DNA of 64,000 nucleotides from the NCBI GenBank assembly GCA_032718475.1, contig JAUCBJ010005486.1:1-64000 (forward strand), in the 5' to 3' direction. A model generated the notes under the pieces. The model was given only the letters and a program-made list of their open reading frames with translations, did not search any database and was not told the DNA's origin. The translations under genes and the position numbers were made by a program. The DNA is from Nemertoderma westbladi. Its lineage: Eukaryota; Animalia; Xenacoelomorpha. Every line of letters starts with the position of its first letter. Within the stretch, counting starts at the first letter, position 1. Shown here in pieces: positions 24,008-38,092 of this stretch.

Positions 24008-25379
24008 TAGTGTTGCAGCGGGATCCCGATCCCGAAAGTCGGGATCCCGATGGAAAAATATCGGGATTTTTCGGGATTAACAATTTTCGGAATTTTATAT
24101 CTGAATTTACTGTAGGCCTATATGCCCTGCAGCTTAAAATCTGTAAAATTTTTGCCAATAACAAAATAAAACATTTTTGGAGGACTTTCATTGGATGATT
24201 GATAGGGATGTGAGTCAGGTAATGTATGGGAATATCCTAGATATTTTTCCGGAAATTTCCTATTTATTTAATTTATTATATAAAGGTTACTAAGGATAGT
24301 TTCAATAGTAGGTCTACAGTAGGCCTAAATATTTACAGAAATATCCTCATATTAATTACATAAAATAGTTATAATAAGATATGAATTAAAAAAAAGATTA
24401 TGACTTTGTGTTTTGTCAATTTCATAATTAACTATATATATGTTATATATTGATCGCAATTTCGGACATTTTTAATTTTAAATCTTTCACAATTTTACCT
24501 TCTGCTATTTTGTCAGTTTATACACATTCTGAATCTCAAAACACATAGGAAAACACAATTAGAGTAAACATTGGAAACAAGTGATTCCTGTTTGGTTGTG
24601 TTGGGCTGGTTCCGTGGTTCGTTGTCTATTGGCTCTTGGGTCGTAAATTCGGGTGAAGTATACTTTTCCGGAAATTGAAAAAACATATTTCCGGAAAACT
24701 CACATTCCTAATAGTCGAGTAGACGCTTGGTACATTTTACTGACGAACCATTCTCCAGCGTATGACTGCAATTTTATTTGCTCATTGTTGTTCCACATAA
24801 TAACAATACATTTTCGCTATAAAGACTTTGGGAAAGGTTGAGCAATTTTTTTGATTGCCGTTTGTTTGGCGGGTAATTGGTTATTGGTAATTGTTTGGCG
24901 GTATAATGATTGATGAAGGATAGATTAATTTACATGATTTATAATTGATTTCTGAATCTGAATTTATATCTGAAATTCATTCATTAAATATATTAAAGTC
25001 ATGATAGTACAAAGTCATAAGTCTATATATTATATTATAAATAATATAAACACTGCTTGTTGTTTTTTATTGAATATGATAAACATTTTAATGTGGCAGC
25101 GTGCTGTAAATACTGTATATTAAAAATGTTGCAGAAATTATATTAAACACGCATATGAAATGAAATACATGTCTGTGAACACTTTAAAAAAAAGTCACTG
25201 GACATTTTTACATATCTAGGCATTATTTAGTACGTCATGAGATTTATCGAATGTTATTTTTACTCCAATAAAGATGGCAGGGCGGATAGCTATACTTTAA
25301 GTTTTGGATGAGTATGGTCGCAAAAAAATCCCGATCTCAATACCGAAAATTGTGGCTCCCGATCCCGTTTCAAACACTA
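24008..25379. mobile_element. Non-autonomous hAT element
   Basis: Ends tagtgtt / aacacta, subterminal (cgggat/atcccg) repeats, perfect 8-bp TSD GTGTACAT. Confidence 0.85.
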
Positions 25380-26448
25380 GTGTACATTTATGAATACAAG
25401 TCTGTCTGTCTGTCGTGTTATGTCATTATATCTATCGGGATCGGACATCAAAATAAGTAATAATAAAGAAGCCCGTCCCGGTACCCAAGGTTGAAAATTT
25501 CACTAATTTTAAAATTATAAATACTGTACCGTTTTGTGATCAGCTTTAGTAGGAGGTTTATTGTAAGCAAAATATTTTTACGACCGATACGGGGCGCTAC
25601 AAAAGCAAGACACGTAAACGCGATAACTCGACTAAACGACCAGAGATTTAACACATTGAAAGATATACTGTATATCATACTGTGGTTGTTACTGTATCAG
25701 TACCGTGTAAGCTACAGTAATACAGTTGTGAGCACAGCGCGATATGTGAATGAGACAAGTACAGTACTGTTGTAGGCCCAACTATGATGTGTGACACTTG
25801 TATATTAAGAAGAACTACTATCTATAGTAGGTCATGTAAGAACCGAGTCCATATAATAAACCCACAGTGAATTACACGAGTGGGGCCTTCGTGCCGCAAA
25901 AGCTGCAAGTCATCTTAGCAAACAATTATAATTATACTATGGCTAGTTATATATTTTTTTCCGACACACATACACACACCCCCACACACCCTTTTAGATA
26001 ACGGCCATAGTATAATTATAACAGTTCGCTGATGGTTCGCTCGCCCCACAAAATGTGAACGAATAAATTGTTTTTCACCGGTATCATTTAGTGTATGGTG
26101 GTTAGGTTAGGGTCAGTGTGCGATACATACCTGTATGTTGAGCATGTTTTCATATATATGTTTAAAACCGGTATCATTAGTGTATGGCGGTTAGGTTACG
26201 GTGCGATACATACCTGCATTTGTTGAGCATGTTTTCATAAATATGTTTTTTGTTTATGTCATTTATGTGTTGTTTTTTGATGGCCTTTGGGCTGAGTACT
26301 ACTTTGGGCGTAATGTCCTGATTCTATGTTTTTTGTTAGTTTGGGGGGTATAAGACTCTAGGCTCTTACAATTAGATTATATAATACATTGTTTTAGTTG
26401 ATAGAATGGTAGGTGCTAGAATTAGTAGGTCTACACTGCTGCACTTAC

Positions 26449-26605
26449 CGTCTATAATGAGATCGACTTTGAATTCGCACTGGCCTGCTCTATTCCTGGC
26501 CTGGCAGGTGTAGGTACCACTGTCTGACGGTCGGCAGTATGGAATCAGTAACGAATGTGTTCCGTCTTCCTTTATTATCGTCTTATGGTTGCCATCAGAC
26601 TCGAC
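26449..26605 (-). CDS. Titin-like exon 4 (Ig C-half)
   Basis: cattaag|...|gtaagt; VESDGNHKTIIKEDGTHSLLIPYCRPSDSGTYTCQARNRAGQCEFKVDLIID; 157 nt, phase 0-1. Confidence 0.92.
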
Positions 26606-27960
26606 CTTAATGAATTATGTATTAAAATATCGAAAGTGGTAATAATAATTATCTTTATAGCTGAAATAGCTGCATTGATGTACCAGAACTTACTCTTAAA
26701 AATAAAACATAAACAGAACAAGAGGAAGTGGAAGTGGAACCTGGGGCCTTTATATGGGTCACGTGTGCAGTATGTTATGGCATACATGTATTATCAATAT
26801 CAGCTGGTCACCAGCTGATAAAAAAACAACATAATTCAACTATCGTATTAAATCGATCAATGATAGCAATCGAAATAATTCTAGTACAGACTTCCCAGCC
26901 TATGACACCGTAAGAATTATTTCTGGTTACATTTATCTAACTTACTCGTACATCAAGACCGTTGCTCGTTATGTCTGACACTGGTGATGAAAACGGTCAA
27001 GACCCAGATGTGGAGGCGATTCTAGCAAGGCTCATCAACTCAAGGAATTCGTCGCACATCGACCCTGGTTGTCAACTCATTACCCGACATCGAGACAATT
27101 AACGTTTTGGATGAAGCCATCAAAAGGAGCAAAATTAAGACTCTACTATCATACAGAGATCGCCTGGGATCACTCAATGAAGAAATATGGTGCCGCTCTT
27201 CCGAACACTGCATCAACTCCGACACCCCGAAAGCTGTCGGATCCGAGGTAAAACTTTCAGATACTATATCTCATTTGGAATTGTCAATGCAGCCCCATAC
27301 TGTGCCGGTTCAACACGCTTACAATGTATCTACTGTAGGCGTAGGTAATAATAATTTGTCATTTGGTAATCAATCATCGACTACCAGTCATTTTGAAACT
27401 GATAGTTATTTTGCTCGTTCAGTTCTACCAAAATTAAAACCGCCAACTTTCGATGGCAATCCGTTAGAGTTTAATGGATGGCATGATGCCTTTATATCTG
27501 CCGTCCATGACTCAGGTATACCTTAAGTATTTAAATTTCAACATTTAAAACAGCCTTAAGTGGTGCGGCTGAAACCCATATAAAGGGTCTACCTATTTCT
27601 CCCGAGAAAGATTAGAAATGTTAAAAAATGAATTTGGAAATAAAAATCGTATTATTAGGTGTCACATTGGAGAGTTACGTAATATTACTTCAAAACTAAG
27701 CAGCACGCCTTCATTAAGGAAAATTTATGATACTTGCAATACAAACATTCGAGCCTTAACCGCAAAATTCGCGTAAAAAAAAACGCGTAAAATTCCTGAC
27801 CAATACCAGCTAATGGTTGTCCCTGACATACTGAAAGCATTACCTAGAGAATTGACAAAGATACTTTTTAAGAAAGCAAGCAATAACATAGAAGACCTAA
27901 ATTGGCTCATGACCAAATTGAAAAACGAACTGGACACTGAGGACGCACTTGACGACTTAA

Positions 27961-28842
27961 GGGGGGGGGGGGGGTATACCCCCCCATGAACCTTTTTTTA
28001 AAGTGGCTGTCAATTAGTGTTAAATGATAATATTGCTATTTTGTCATGGTCAACCACTGTATGGAAGGCCAAATAGCCTTTATAGTAAAATTTGAAATTT
28101 TTTAGCCTCCCCCTAGCGGCTGGCGGTGGAATTCAAGATTTCACTAAAAATGCTACTAGTCCCTCAATTTTGGTCCAAATTTCTTGAAACCACCTTTTTT
28201 GGACTCAGCGTGATCGACTCTACAAAAGTTATCTTATAGAATTTTTAATTAGCCAATTTTATTCTAATTAATTAATTTAATTAATTAATTATCATATTTT
28301 TAATTAAAAATGGCAAATTAGAAAAAATCTTAATATTTATCAAAATTCCATAAGATAACTTTTAAAGAGCTTCCAAAACTCGTTCGAATGAGCCATAAAC
28401 GAAGAAAATTGGTTCAAAAATGACGGAGGAGTAGTAATTTGAAAATGAAAAATGTCATTCCGAGAAAATGCCCTTCAAAGTTTAAACCGTCCCGCCAAAA
28501 TTGTCTGTCTGTGGTCTGTTTGGTTAATTATTTCTGGCACGAAGGATTCACACCAATGAGCTAAAATGTTCATTACGGGGGTTTTCGGGGTCGCTGATTT
28601 CATTTCCGATGTCAGTTTTAATTTTTGAAGGAATCTAGTCTATCTGTCTGTCTGTCGGTCTTCTGTCTTTCTTACAATTTGACGGACAGACCGTCATACG
28701 GAAAAACAGTGATAACTCGAGAACTGAAATAGATCTCACTAAGCGGTTTTCAGATTTGTAATCCTCATTAAATTCTGATCTAGGTGAAATAAAGAAACAA
28801 TAATTTGAAAATTTTACCTGAGGGGGGGTATACCCCCCCCCC
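27961..28842. mobile_element. TTAA-TSD non-autonomous DNA transposon (Kolobok-like) inserted in BEL gag
   Basis: TTAA|ggggg..ggtatacccc ... ggggtatacccc..cc|TTAA; same family as 36732..37513 and fragments at 19260-19990. Confidence 0.8.
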
Positions 28843-31800
28843 TTAAGTAAGGTTAGTTTAAGCAGCAATGATAAATTTATTAAACAACATTACAATCCAC
28901 AACAACCTACAGCGTCCAATTTTGTAATCCAAGCAGGTAAATCATCATTTATCCAGAGGGGACGCACTTAATCAGCCTATCATAAAGGTTTGTCCGGTTC
29001 ATGGTCATCAAAATCATCAGCAAGAGGTCACTCATCCACTGCATCACATATTGCAACATCATATACACCAAAATGTATTTTCTGTAACCAACACCATTTT
29101 CGGCAAACTGTCATATTGCCATCAATGTCGCTGAACGTAGGAAAGTTCTTGTCAGTCACAAATTATGTTTCATCTGCTTAGGATCTGGTCATGAAGCAAG
29201 AAGTTGTCACCGAAATCGCACATGTTACCATTGTAAGTCATAATATCACCATACTGCCATTTGCAATAGTGTTTCAACCACAAGCAATGCTGGTTGCTAG
29301 AGAAGTAGCACCTGGTATTGGATCCTTCCAGAGCATGGCCTTGAACGAGTCTAGTTCATCTCACACAATGACAACACCTGTTTTTCATGTAGAATCATCA
29401 GAAACTACACTGTTACAAACAGCAGTATTATACAATGTCAGACAAACAATGACACTACCATTACCTCATTCATTATTTGATTGTGGTAGTCAGGAAACGT
29501 TCATCACTCGTCATTATGCTGAACGGAACAATTTGCCAGTCATCGGTAGAAATTACACACTGTTCTAGGATTCGGTGGTAAGGTAGTTTATTCTGGGTAT
29601 TTTGATAAAACCCGTTTGAGTTTGGTTCTGAGAAATGGATGTTCAACTCATCTCACAGCTCTCATAACACATACGATATGTAATCCTCTACATATCTCAG
29701 CTGTAGCATCATCATGGACCTCTCATCTACATTTAAGGGCATCAGATTTGGCAGACTCAACTTTGAGTTCATCAAATCCAGGAGACAGATACGCTGTCGA
29801 TTTGCTGATTGGCGCAGATCAGTACTGGTATTTCGTAAGTGGAACCCTCATTCGTTCAACCAACTCTAGCTTTGTAGCGATTGATAGTTGGTTCGGTTTT
29901 CTTTTGTCAGGTAAACTGACATCTAGTGAGAATTCATCACCCAACTCATTCCTTAGTAACGTTGGATTTAATAGTCTTTTTGTAGGCAGTACAAATGATG
30001 ATGAGTCATTAAATGACATTCTAAAAGCATTCTGGTCCATTGAGAGTGCATGTATCTCTGAACGTGACAATATTGATCTAGAGAATTCTGTATTAAAGGA
30101 AATATGCATAGTTAACAATTTTTACACTGTTTCGCTGCCATGGAAAATCAACCCAAATATCCTAAGCGATAATTTACAACATTGTCAATGAAGTCTCTCA
30201 GTATTGTTAAAACGCCTTTCAAAAACGGGTATTCTTGATCGGTATGATGCGGGATTAAAGGACCATTTTGACAAGCGTTATATTGAAAAGGTTGACCATA
30301 TTGAAACACACACCAACACACCAACACACGATCAGACACACAACCGCACTATATACCTCACCATGGAGTGCTAAAGGAAAGCAAGGAAAGCACCAAGCTA
30401 AGAATTGTTTTCAATGCATCGTTTAAATCATCCCCATCTAATCTTTCCAACAATAATTGCCTTCATTCAGGCCCCAACTTGATTTCTAACTTGATAAATA
30501 ACTTATTACATTTCCGCTTCTACAATATCGGTGTAACAGCAGACATTGAGCAAGCATTTCTTCGTTGTCAAATAGTGGAATCTGATAGAAACTTCTTAAG
30601 ATTCCTATGGCTTAAGGATATTTCTACAGATTTGCTTATAAGCAAAGATAATCTTCAAGCTTATCGTTATACAAGAGCTTTGTTTGGGCTGACTCCATCA
30701 CCATATATCTTATTGCAGACTACTGCACATCATCTAGATAAGCAGCAATTATTAACACCTCTTGACTTTGTTGACAATATGTCAATACGTCTTCGTAAGT
30801 TGATGATTGATGATTTGACTACTGGTGTTGATTCGGTTGATGAACGAATTCAGCTACAACGTCGCTGCAAATTCATCATGGCCAAAGGGAATTTCAACAT
30901 CCGTCGTTGGAAGAGTAATAACTTACAACTTCAACATGCATTTACAGAATTTTACAAGGAATTCACTCAAAATAATAGCATTGAATCATTAGTGTCATCA
31001 TTATCATCCAGCATGTTAGCAAACATAATCGAAGATCCTGATTCAATTGCTAAATCATCACTTGGATTACCAACAAACGACACAGATATCAGTTCATCGA
31101 CATCTAGAGTGCTAGGACAATTGTGGGACTTGCTATGACTTTACTGTTGTGTATGATTTCCTACAAAACACCAAACCCACAAAACGCAGCATACTTATGT
31201 TATATGCTCGCCTATTTGATCCATTAGGAATATTAGCACCATTTACCGGACCAATAAAGGCGCTATTTCAAACACTTTGCCAGGATGCCCAACCATGGGA
31301 TACTCCATTAAATTCAGATTTCCTCTCATTGTGGCACAAATGTGTACAAGGTCTTCTCATTCTGAAAGGAATTTCAGTGCCACGATGTTTCTTCTTACCA
31401 TTTCGGACTATATCCAGTATTGAAATTCATGGTTTTGCCGATGCAAGTCTTAAACTCTATGCAGCAGTTATTTACGCTTATTTTCGCTCACTGTAAAAAG
31501 GCAATTCAGTTAGCTTAGCGTATCATTAGTATCATGAAGAACAAAGGTATGTCCACAAGGCAAAAAACACCAGAATAAGAGCACAAAGGATCAGCGGGAT
31601 CATTCAGAAGAACCACAGTCAATTCCAAGGTTAGAGTTATTAGGAGCATTCATCACTGCACATCTGATGAAGTTTGTTCTAAATGCGTTGCCAATAGTCA
31701 GCAGTAACGTTGTTGTATTCTGGAGTGATGACCTTGACGTGTTGTACTGGATTAAGGACTAAATCATCACTGGAAAACCTTCATGAAAAATAGGGTAAAA

Positions 31801-34228
31801 GTAATATGATCCATTACATCAGAATTAAATGGTTCATGGAGATATGTCCCAAGTGAAATTAATCCTGCCGACATTCCCACAAAAGGAATGTCCCCAAACC
31901 ACTTCTTCTCATCTGAGAAGAAGTGGTTCGAAGGTCCTCCCTTTCTACATGGCCACAATGTCCAATCAACTTTGACTCGACCCCATCAATCAGCAAATAG
32001 TCTTAAAGAAATAAAGTCTCATAGCACAGAATCGAACACACGTATCACAACATCAACTGAATACTCTATAACAAATGTCATCAATTACAGAGATTACAGT
32101 GCAAAGTCAAATGCAATTCGTAGCTTAGCATGGATTTCACGGTTTATTAATAAAATAAAATCAAAATTAGCAAAAGAATTCCCACTCCTAGACTCACAAT
32201 TATTAACGACAAATGAGTTACAGAGAGCCGAGGTACAGTATATCAAACATGTTCAACTGAATCATTTTCATATAGAGATCGAGTACTTACAAAACAGTAA
32301 ACATTTAAAGTGCCCAAACTTAGTACAACAGCTAAACCTCTTTCTAGACTGTGACGGGATTCTGCGCACAAAAGGCAGAGCAGTAAGTCAAACCATTCCA
32401 TGGTGTACACAGAATCCGATTCTCCTTCCATCCTCAGATCATTTCACAAAATTGATAGTACTCGATGCTCATTATATCGTAATGCATTCACGTGTTCGTG
32501 ACACATTAGTTCAGTTGCGCGAAATGTATTGGATATCTCGTGCAAGATAAGTTATTCAGGGAATCAGAAGTAAATGCGTTATCTGCAAACGTATCCAAGG
32601 GAAACCATATCCAAAACCTCAAACAAGTCCACTTCCTCTAGAGCGATTAGAGTCAAACTTAAATGCGTTTTCACACACTGGAATTGATTTCTGTGGCCCG
32701 ATAAATATAGTAAACAACTTGTATGACCCATCCAATTCTTCCATTAAAGTCCACATCTGTGTATTTACATGTGCGGTTATACGCGCCATTCACTTGGAGT
32801 TAGTTCCTAGTTTGCATGTCAGTAGTTTCATTCAAGCATTTCGACGATTCATTGGTAGACGAGGCATTCAATTAGTAATTTTTAGTGACAATGCCTCAAC
32901 ATTTAAACGTTCATCGTCTGAACTTCGCATTTACAATAAGTTTCTTAACCACGATTTGGTTAAACGTGAGTTTGGTGACTTAGTGTCACTTGGCTGTTTA
33001 ACATTGCGAGATATCCATCGGGTTATGGCTTTATTGAGAGATGTGTAGGTCTCATCAGACCCAACTTCCGCAAAGTGATGGGTATAGCCACTCTGCAACA
33101 CGTCGAAATGCAAACACTGTTAATATCTTGCGAGGCTGCTGTTAACAGTCGCCCATTGACTTTCGTATCATCTAACAATGATGAAAACTACAATCTACTT
33201 ACTCCTAGTCACTTTCTCGTGGGCCATAGACTATGGGTCCTTCCAACATCATCAGCACGTGCAGATAATTTACGTTACCAAGAGAAAGCAGCTAACTTCT
33301 TTTGGGATAATTGGAAAAATGATTACGTTAGAGATTTACGAGATAGACATCGCTACAAGGAACATAAATCGTCATCTTTTGTGAGTCCTGTCGTACTGGA
33401 AATTTTCTTATTGTACTACCTAGACTACCTAGATCAGCATTATGTCGCATTAATAAGTTGATTACCAAGTTTCAAGTATATAGATTTTCAAGTATATGTT
33501 GCAAAACGTGGACGACAAGCAACAATTCTTACGGGATCCGTTCAACATATTATACCATTAGAGATTCAATCCGATGTGATTAACCTAATTCTCATAAAAG
33601 ATGCTTGCAAACGGGAATCAAAATCGCTGGTAAGTTGTAAAAGTGACAAAATAAGTGACATAGTTGACTCTTCCAATGACAAACTTGACACAAAGTATAC
33701 AACATAGACGATCTAGCCACACCTCCTTCAGTCGCCAGTACTCATACTGTACCGCGAGTGTTGCAGCACACTGACACATATTCCTATCACAATGATGATA
33801 GCAACAGCAGTCAAAATAAACCATCTAGATTACCGCGTGCTGCTAAGTCACATATTGTCCATGGTCATTACAAAATGGGAAAATAAATTCCCGTTTTGTT
33901 CGGATTTATCAATTATTTGGTGGAGGGTTTGTTAGTGTACAAATATTAAATTCATTATTATGAAACTGTAAATCTAATAATTGAAGGATTGTGATTATAC
34001 TTACGATGTTGTTACACCCATCCAACACTGACTCTAACAGAAAGCTGTTATTTTTTATCTGGATTACTGTATTCAAGATGATTTGTCATTATTTGTAGTG
34101 TTATCCAACATTATTTAGGATCATATTTTTTAAGCCGCACCACTCAAGGCTACATTATTTTTAGAAAGTTTAAATGTGCATTTAATTTTGTTGTAATTTT
34201 AATTGTCTCTCTTTGTCCAAGAGGGGAG

Positions 34229-34959
34229 TGTAGTGTATTTCGTATTAGTACATTATTGACTCTGTAGGATATACATTATTGACTCTCTAGTTATTGGTAT
34301 TTCCTTGATTTACACACCCCTGGCATTAGTTCGTATACTTGCTTTGGTGTTACACAGCTGTATTGCTTTTAATGTTGCCTATATTGTAGGTAAAGGTTGT
34401 TTGTGATATTTTATTCTTTATTATACATTGTGATACTTTTAGTTTTTACATATTTTTCTTTATTGCATTTGGAGACCATCAGGGGTCCATTACAATTGCT
34501 TGGCCAACCAGTAGCTCCGACCAATCAGGGACGAGCTACGGCCAATCAGCTATCAGAGCGATCCGATCCCTATTTGCATAAAGTCTGGCTAAGGGCCTGT
34601 TTTCTCACTTCCCTTATCTTCTTGCATCTTCACCCTCTGCTTGCGGAAGCCCCTGACTTTTACAACAATAAAAGTTTTTACATTTTTAGCGGCATTTTTA
34701 GCTGTAAATAAATAGTATTGCTGTATTTCTGCAATTTATGTGATAACTTTTAACTTCTAACCGATTCTAACGATATAATATATAGTTCCGGCAGTTCTCA
34801 ACGATCTCTACTTGTTTTTCACCTCAACTTCCCTTCCTATACATTCCACTTCATCGAACTCTTAACGGGAGGTGTCGAATAGCCCTCTCACTTTGGTAAG
34901 ACCCGACGGAACAGGTGCAGTCTCCCCCTCTCCCTCTCTCAACTGCGCCGTTCCTCACA
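34229..34959 (+). repeat. Putative 3' LTR
   Basis: Purine tract aagaggggag, then TGTAG...CACA; CCAAT boxes, ATTTGCAT and AATAAA inside; no partner LTR to confirm the ends. Confidence 0.6.
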
Positions 34960-35107
34960 ACGGGCATTAAACGGGCCTAACCCAAATGTAGTGGTCGTAG
35001 CGTCATGGGATCAGAGTCTACCACCAATAAATCAAATATAAGGAACAATATGCACTATTTTTAAGTTTCTAGTTGCCATGGGTAACTTTGACAAGAAACG
35101 GGCTATA

Positions 35108-36320
35108 GGGTGAGTGAGGGAGACTTGACTTTAGGGGAGACTTAATTTTTTTTTAATAACTCAAAAACTATTGTAAATTATTTAACAATCCAACACAAAA
35201 ATGTGTAAAATACATGTTGGCTACACCCGCTCAACAATGTTGTATTACCTTTTGGTTATTTTTTGTTTTATTGTCAATAAACGTTTTCTGGGTTCAAAAG
35301 TTAATTTTTGCCCTTAACAACGAATGAAAATTCGCATCCTAATTTTACTGTTTGTTAATTGTAATTCACAACATGTGTTGACTAATTATTGCACTCTCCT
35401 GCCATATGTTGTTTTACAGTTTTGGTTCAGCCCTTTTGAAATTATATCAATTACTAGAAAAAAAGCCCATGTGGGGAGACATGACGCCCGAGTGTGAGGG
35501 AGACTTGAACCCACCAATGCTAACGTCTACATAGAGATACACCCACGTAGAGAACCATTACACCAGAGCACTCCAACTAGTTGATTGACACTTACACCGA
35601 GGCAGCTATCAATGGATGGCTATGCTTCATGCAGTTAGGAGTAGGCCCTCTCTAGCTTGACTAAACCAAACCCAGCCAAGCCAACCAACAACTCTTACTT
35701 CCCTCTTTGCAATGTGGTAGCCCGCCAACTTGGTGATTGACAACTTAAACGCTACGTCAGAAAGCGGCACACATCAATAGAATTACAGGAAAACAATTAA
35801 AATGCTCCTGGATTGAAAATTATACAAGATGTTTATTATTAAAAAGTACCTTTCCGCGTTAAATCTTATTGCGGTTTTAATTAACTATTATTTATTTATT
35901 TCTTGTTAGGAGAACCATGTGAATGACCACCTAAATTTGTACAAAATTTGGGATAATAATTTGACAAATTAATAATCGTATTTTTTGCATTTTTGCTACT
36001 CTACTATAAAATAGACATTTTGAACATGTAATTATTACACTTCTTCTGCATTTTTGAACGAATTTACAAGAATGTGAGGTGGGGTTCAAGTCTCCCACCC
36101 TAGGTGTCAAGTCTCCCCCCATTGAGGGAGACTTGACGCTTTTTCGAAAATATGAATAATTGGTTTAATTAAAAAAGTTTAAGAGTTGAAATTCTCAAAC
36201 TCTCACATAATGATAGCAATCATAAATGTAAGTTAAAAGTTAAAACGGCATTGAAAAATTCATTTATATGTTCTTTAGAGCGATTATAACTTTTGGGGTT
36301 CAGGTCTCCCTCACTCACCC
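35108..36320. mobile_element. TA-flanked non-autonomous TIR element
   Basis: gggtgagtgagggagac / gtctccctcactcaccc; internal ggggagacttga repeats in both orientations. Confidence 0.8.
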
Positions 36321-36731
36321 TATCTTAGCTGTAGGTCTAGCGTCTTCAAATCAACCTCCACCCCCACTATATCGAGTCCCATACGGAAACATACGCAATA
36401 TGTTTTAGTTTCTAGATGCCATGGCAACTCGTCAGATTTGTTGACAAAGTATTTTTCATATCACTTAGCTATTTTCACTATATAAAAAGGCGCATTTTGA
36501 AAGATAAGTTAGGTTTACATGATACATACTGTATATTTAAGAGATTACATTTGTCTTCACATATGCCCTATAACATTCTGAAATAAATGAAATTACATTG
36601 TGTTAAGAATCGCAATTAAGACAGTAATCAGTGCACATGGTGTTATGTGCACTGATTACTGTTACTACGGTTAGGACTACAAGAACAGTTCATCGGTCAG
36701 CCGCTAGTGGGCTACATGTCTTAACATTTAA

Positions 36732-37513
36732 GGGGGGAGTACCACCCCCCCCCCCCCCCTGGACACTTTTTTAAATGCAGTATGGGCTGTTAAAATATGG
36801 CTAAACATTTGTTTTTTCGAAAAATTTTCAAATTTCCAGTCGCCCTTTAGCGGCCATTAAATGAAACAAGAATTGCAGTTAAAATGCTACAAGTCATTCA
36901 ATTTTCGTTGAAATTGTCTGAGACCAATTGTTTTCGAATTACGGAGGTGAGCTCTACCGGTTATCGGTTATAATTTTTAATTACCCTTTTTATGAAAATG
37001 AATTAATATTTATTAATATTTGGAAAAATTCCAACCGATAACTTTTAAAGAAAAGCCGAAACCCTTTCGAATAAGCCAAAAATAAATAAAATTGGTTAAA
37101 AAATGGCGGAGGAGTAGAAATTTGAAAAATGAAAAATGTCATTCCAAGATAATTGCCTTCAAAGTTTAAACCTTCCCGCCAGAACTGGCTGTCTGTGTTC
37201 TGGTTGGTAAATCATTTCTGCCATGATAGAAGAACATCACCGGGATAAAACTTTTATTATGGGGGTTTTCGGGGTCGCTAATTTCATTACCGATGTCAGT
37301 TTTAAGTTTTGGTGGAATCTAGTCTGTCTGTCAGAGTCGGTTGTCTGTCTGTTTTAAAATTTGACTAACAGTCCGCCATACAGAAAAACAGCGATAACTT
37401 GAGAACTAAAAGAGGTTTCGCTAAGCGGTTTTCAGATTTGAAATCCTAATTAAATTCTGCTATAGATTAAATCAAAAACACAGTTTAAATGTTAGCATGG
37501 GGGTACTTCCCCC
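36732..37513. mobile_element. TTAA-TSD Kolobok-like element, copy 2
   Basis: TTAA|ggggggagtacc ... ggtacttccccc|TTAA; interior similar to 27961..28842. Confidence 0.8.
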
Positions 37514-38092
37514 TTAAGTACTTCAAATTTCTTTGCTTTTACACCATTCTAGATGAAACTTGTGAGATATGTACTAGACATCATATAGAATTATCTCAAG
37601 TTTGCCGTTAGAGGGCGCAATGTCTAATAGTGAATTCTTCTCTCATTATTTATAATCCCTTCAATTGGAAACTTGTGAGATATGTACTAGAACACGGGGG
37701 ACGGTAATCGATCTGCAGTTCTCCAGTCTACCGCTGGAGGGCGAGAACTCTGGAAATGATAATCTTCCCCAAATTTGTTGACCTTAATCCGTTAAGCTGA
37801 ATCTTGGCTTGGCATAGACCACGTGCTGCCACTTTTTGAAGAGATTGATCGGCTCACAGTTCTCCAATCTGTCGCTAGAAGAAGCATATGCCATACGTAA
37901 CATGGCAACCTCTCTTAACTTTCAAAAACGTAATGTTTGAAACTTATAAATACGAAGGCGCTCTTTCATATAGTGAAAACAGCTAAGCGATATGAATAAT
38001 ACCTTGTCAACAATTCTGACAAGTTTCCATGGAATCTAGAAACTAAAACATATTGCATAATTTTCCACATTCTCGATATAGTGGGGGTGGAG

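Larger units (their letters stand above)
26950..34959 (+). mobile_element. Decayed BEL/Pao LTR retrotransposon (gag-PR-RT-RH-IN, 3' LTR; no 5' LTR seen)
   Basis: LPKLKPPTFDGNPLEF, zinc knuckles, LFDCGSQ protease, KLRIVFNAS/ADIEQAFL RT, IHGFADAS RNase H, NPAD, GIDFCGP, AIHLELV, SDNASTF; many stops. Confidence 0.9.

Noticed and set aside
26100-26200. ggttaggttagg telomere-like motifs
   Set aside because: Only 2-3 units inside a short duplicated repeat
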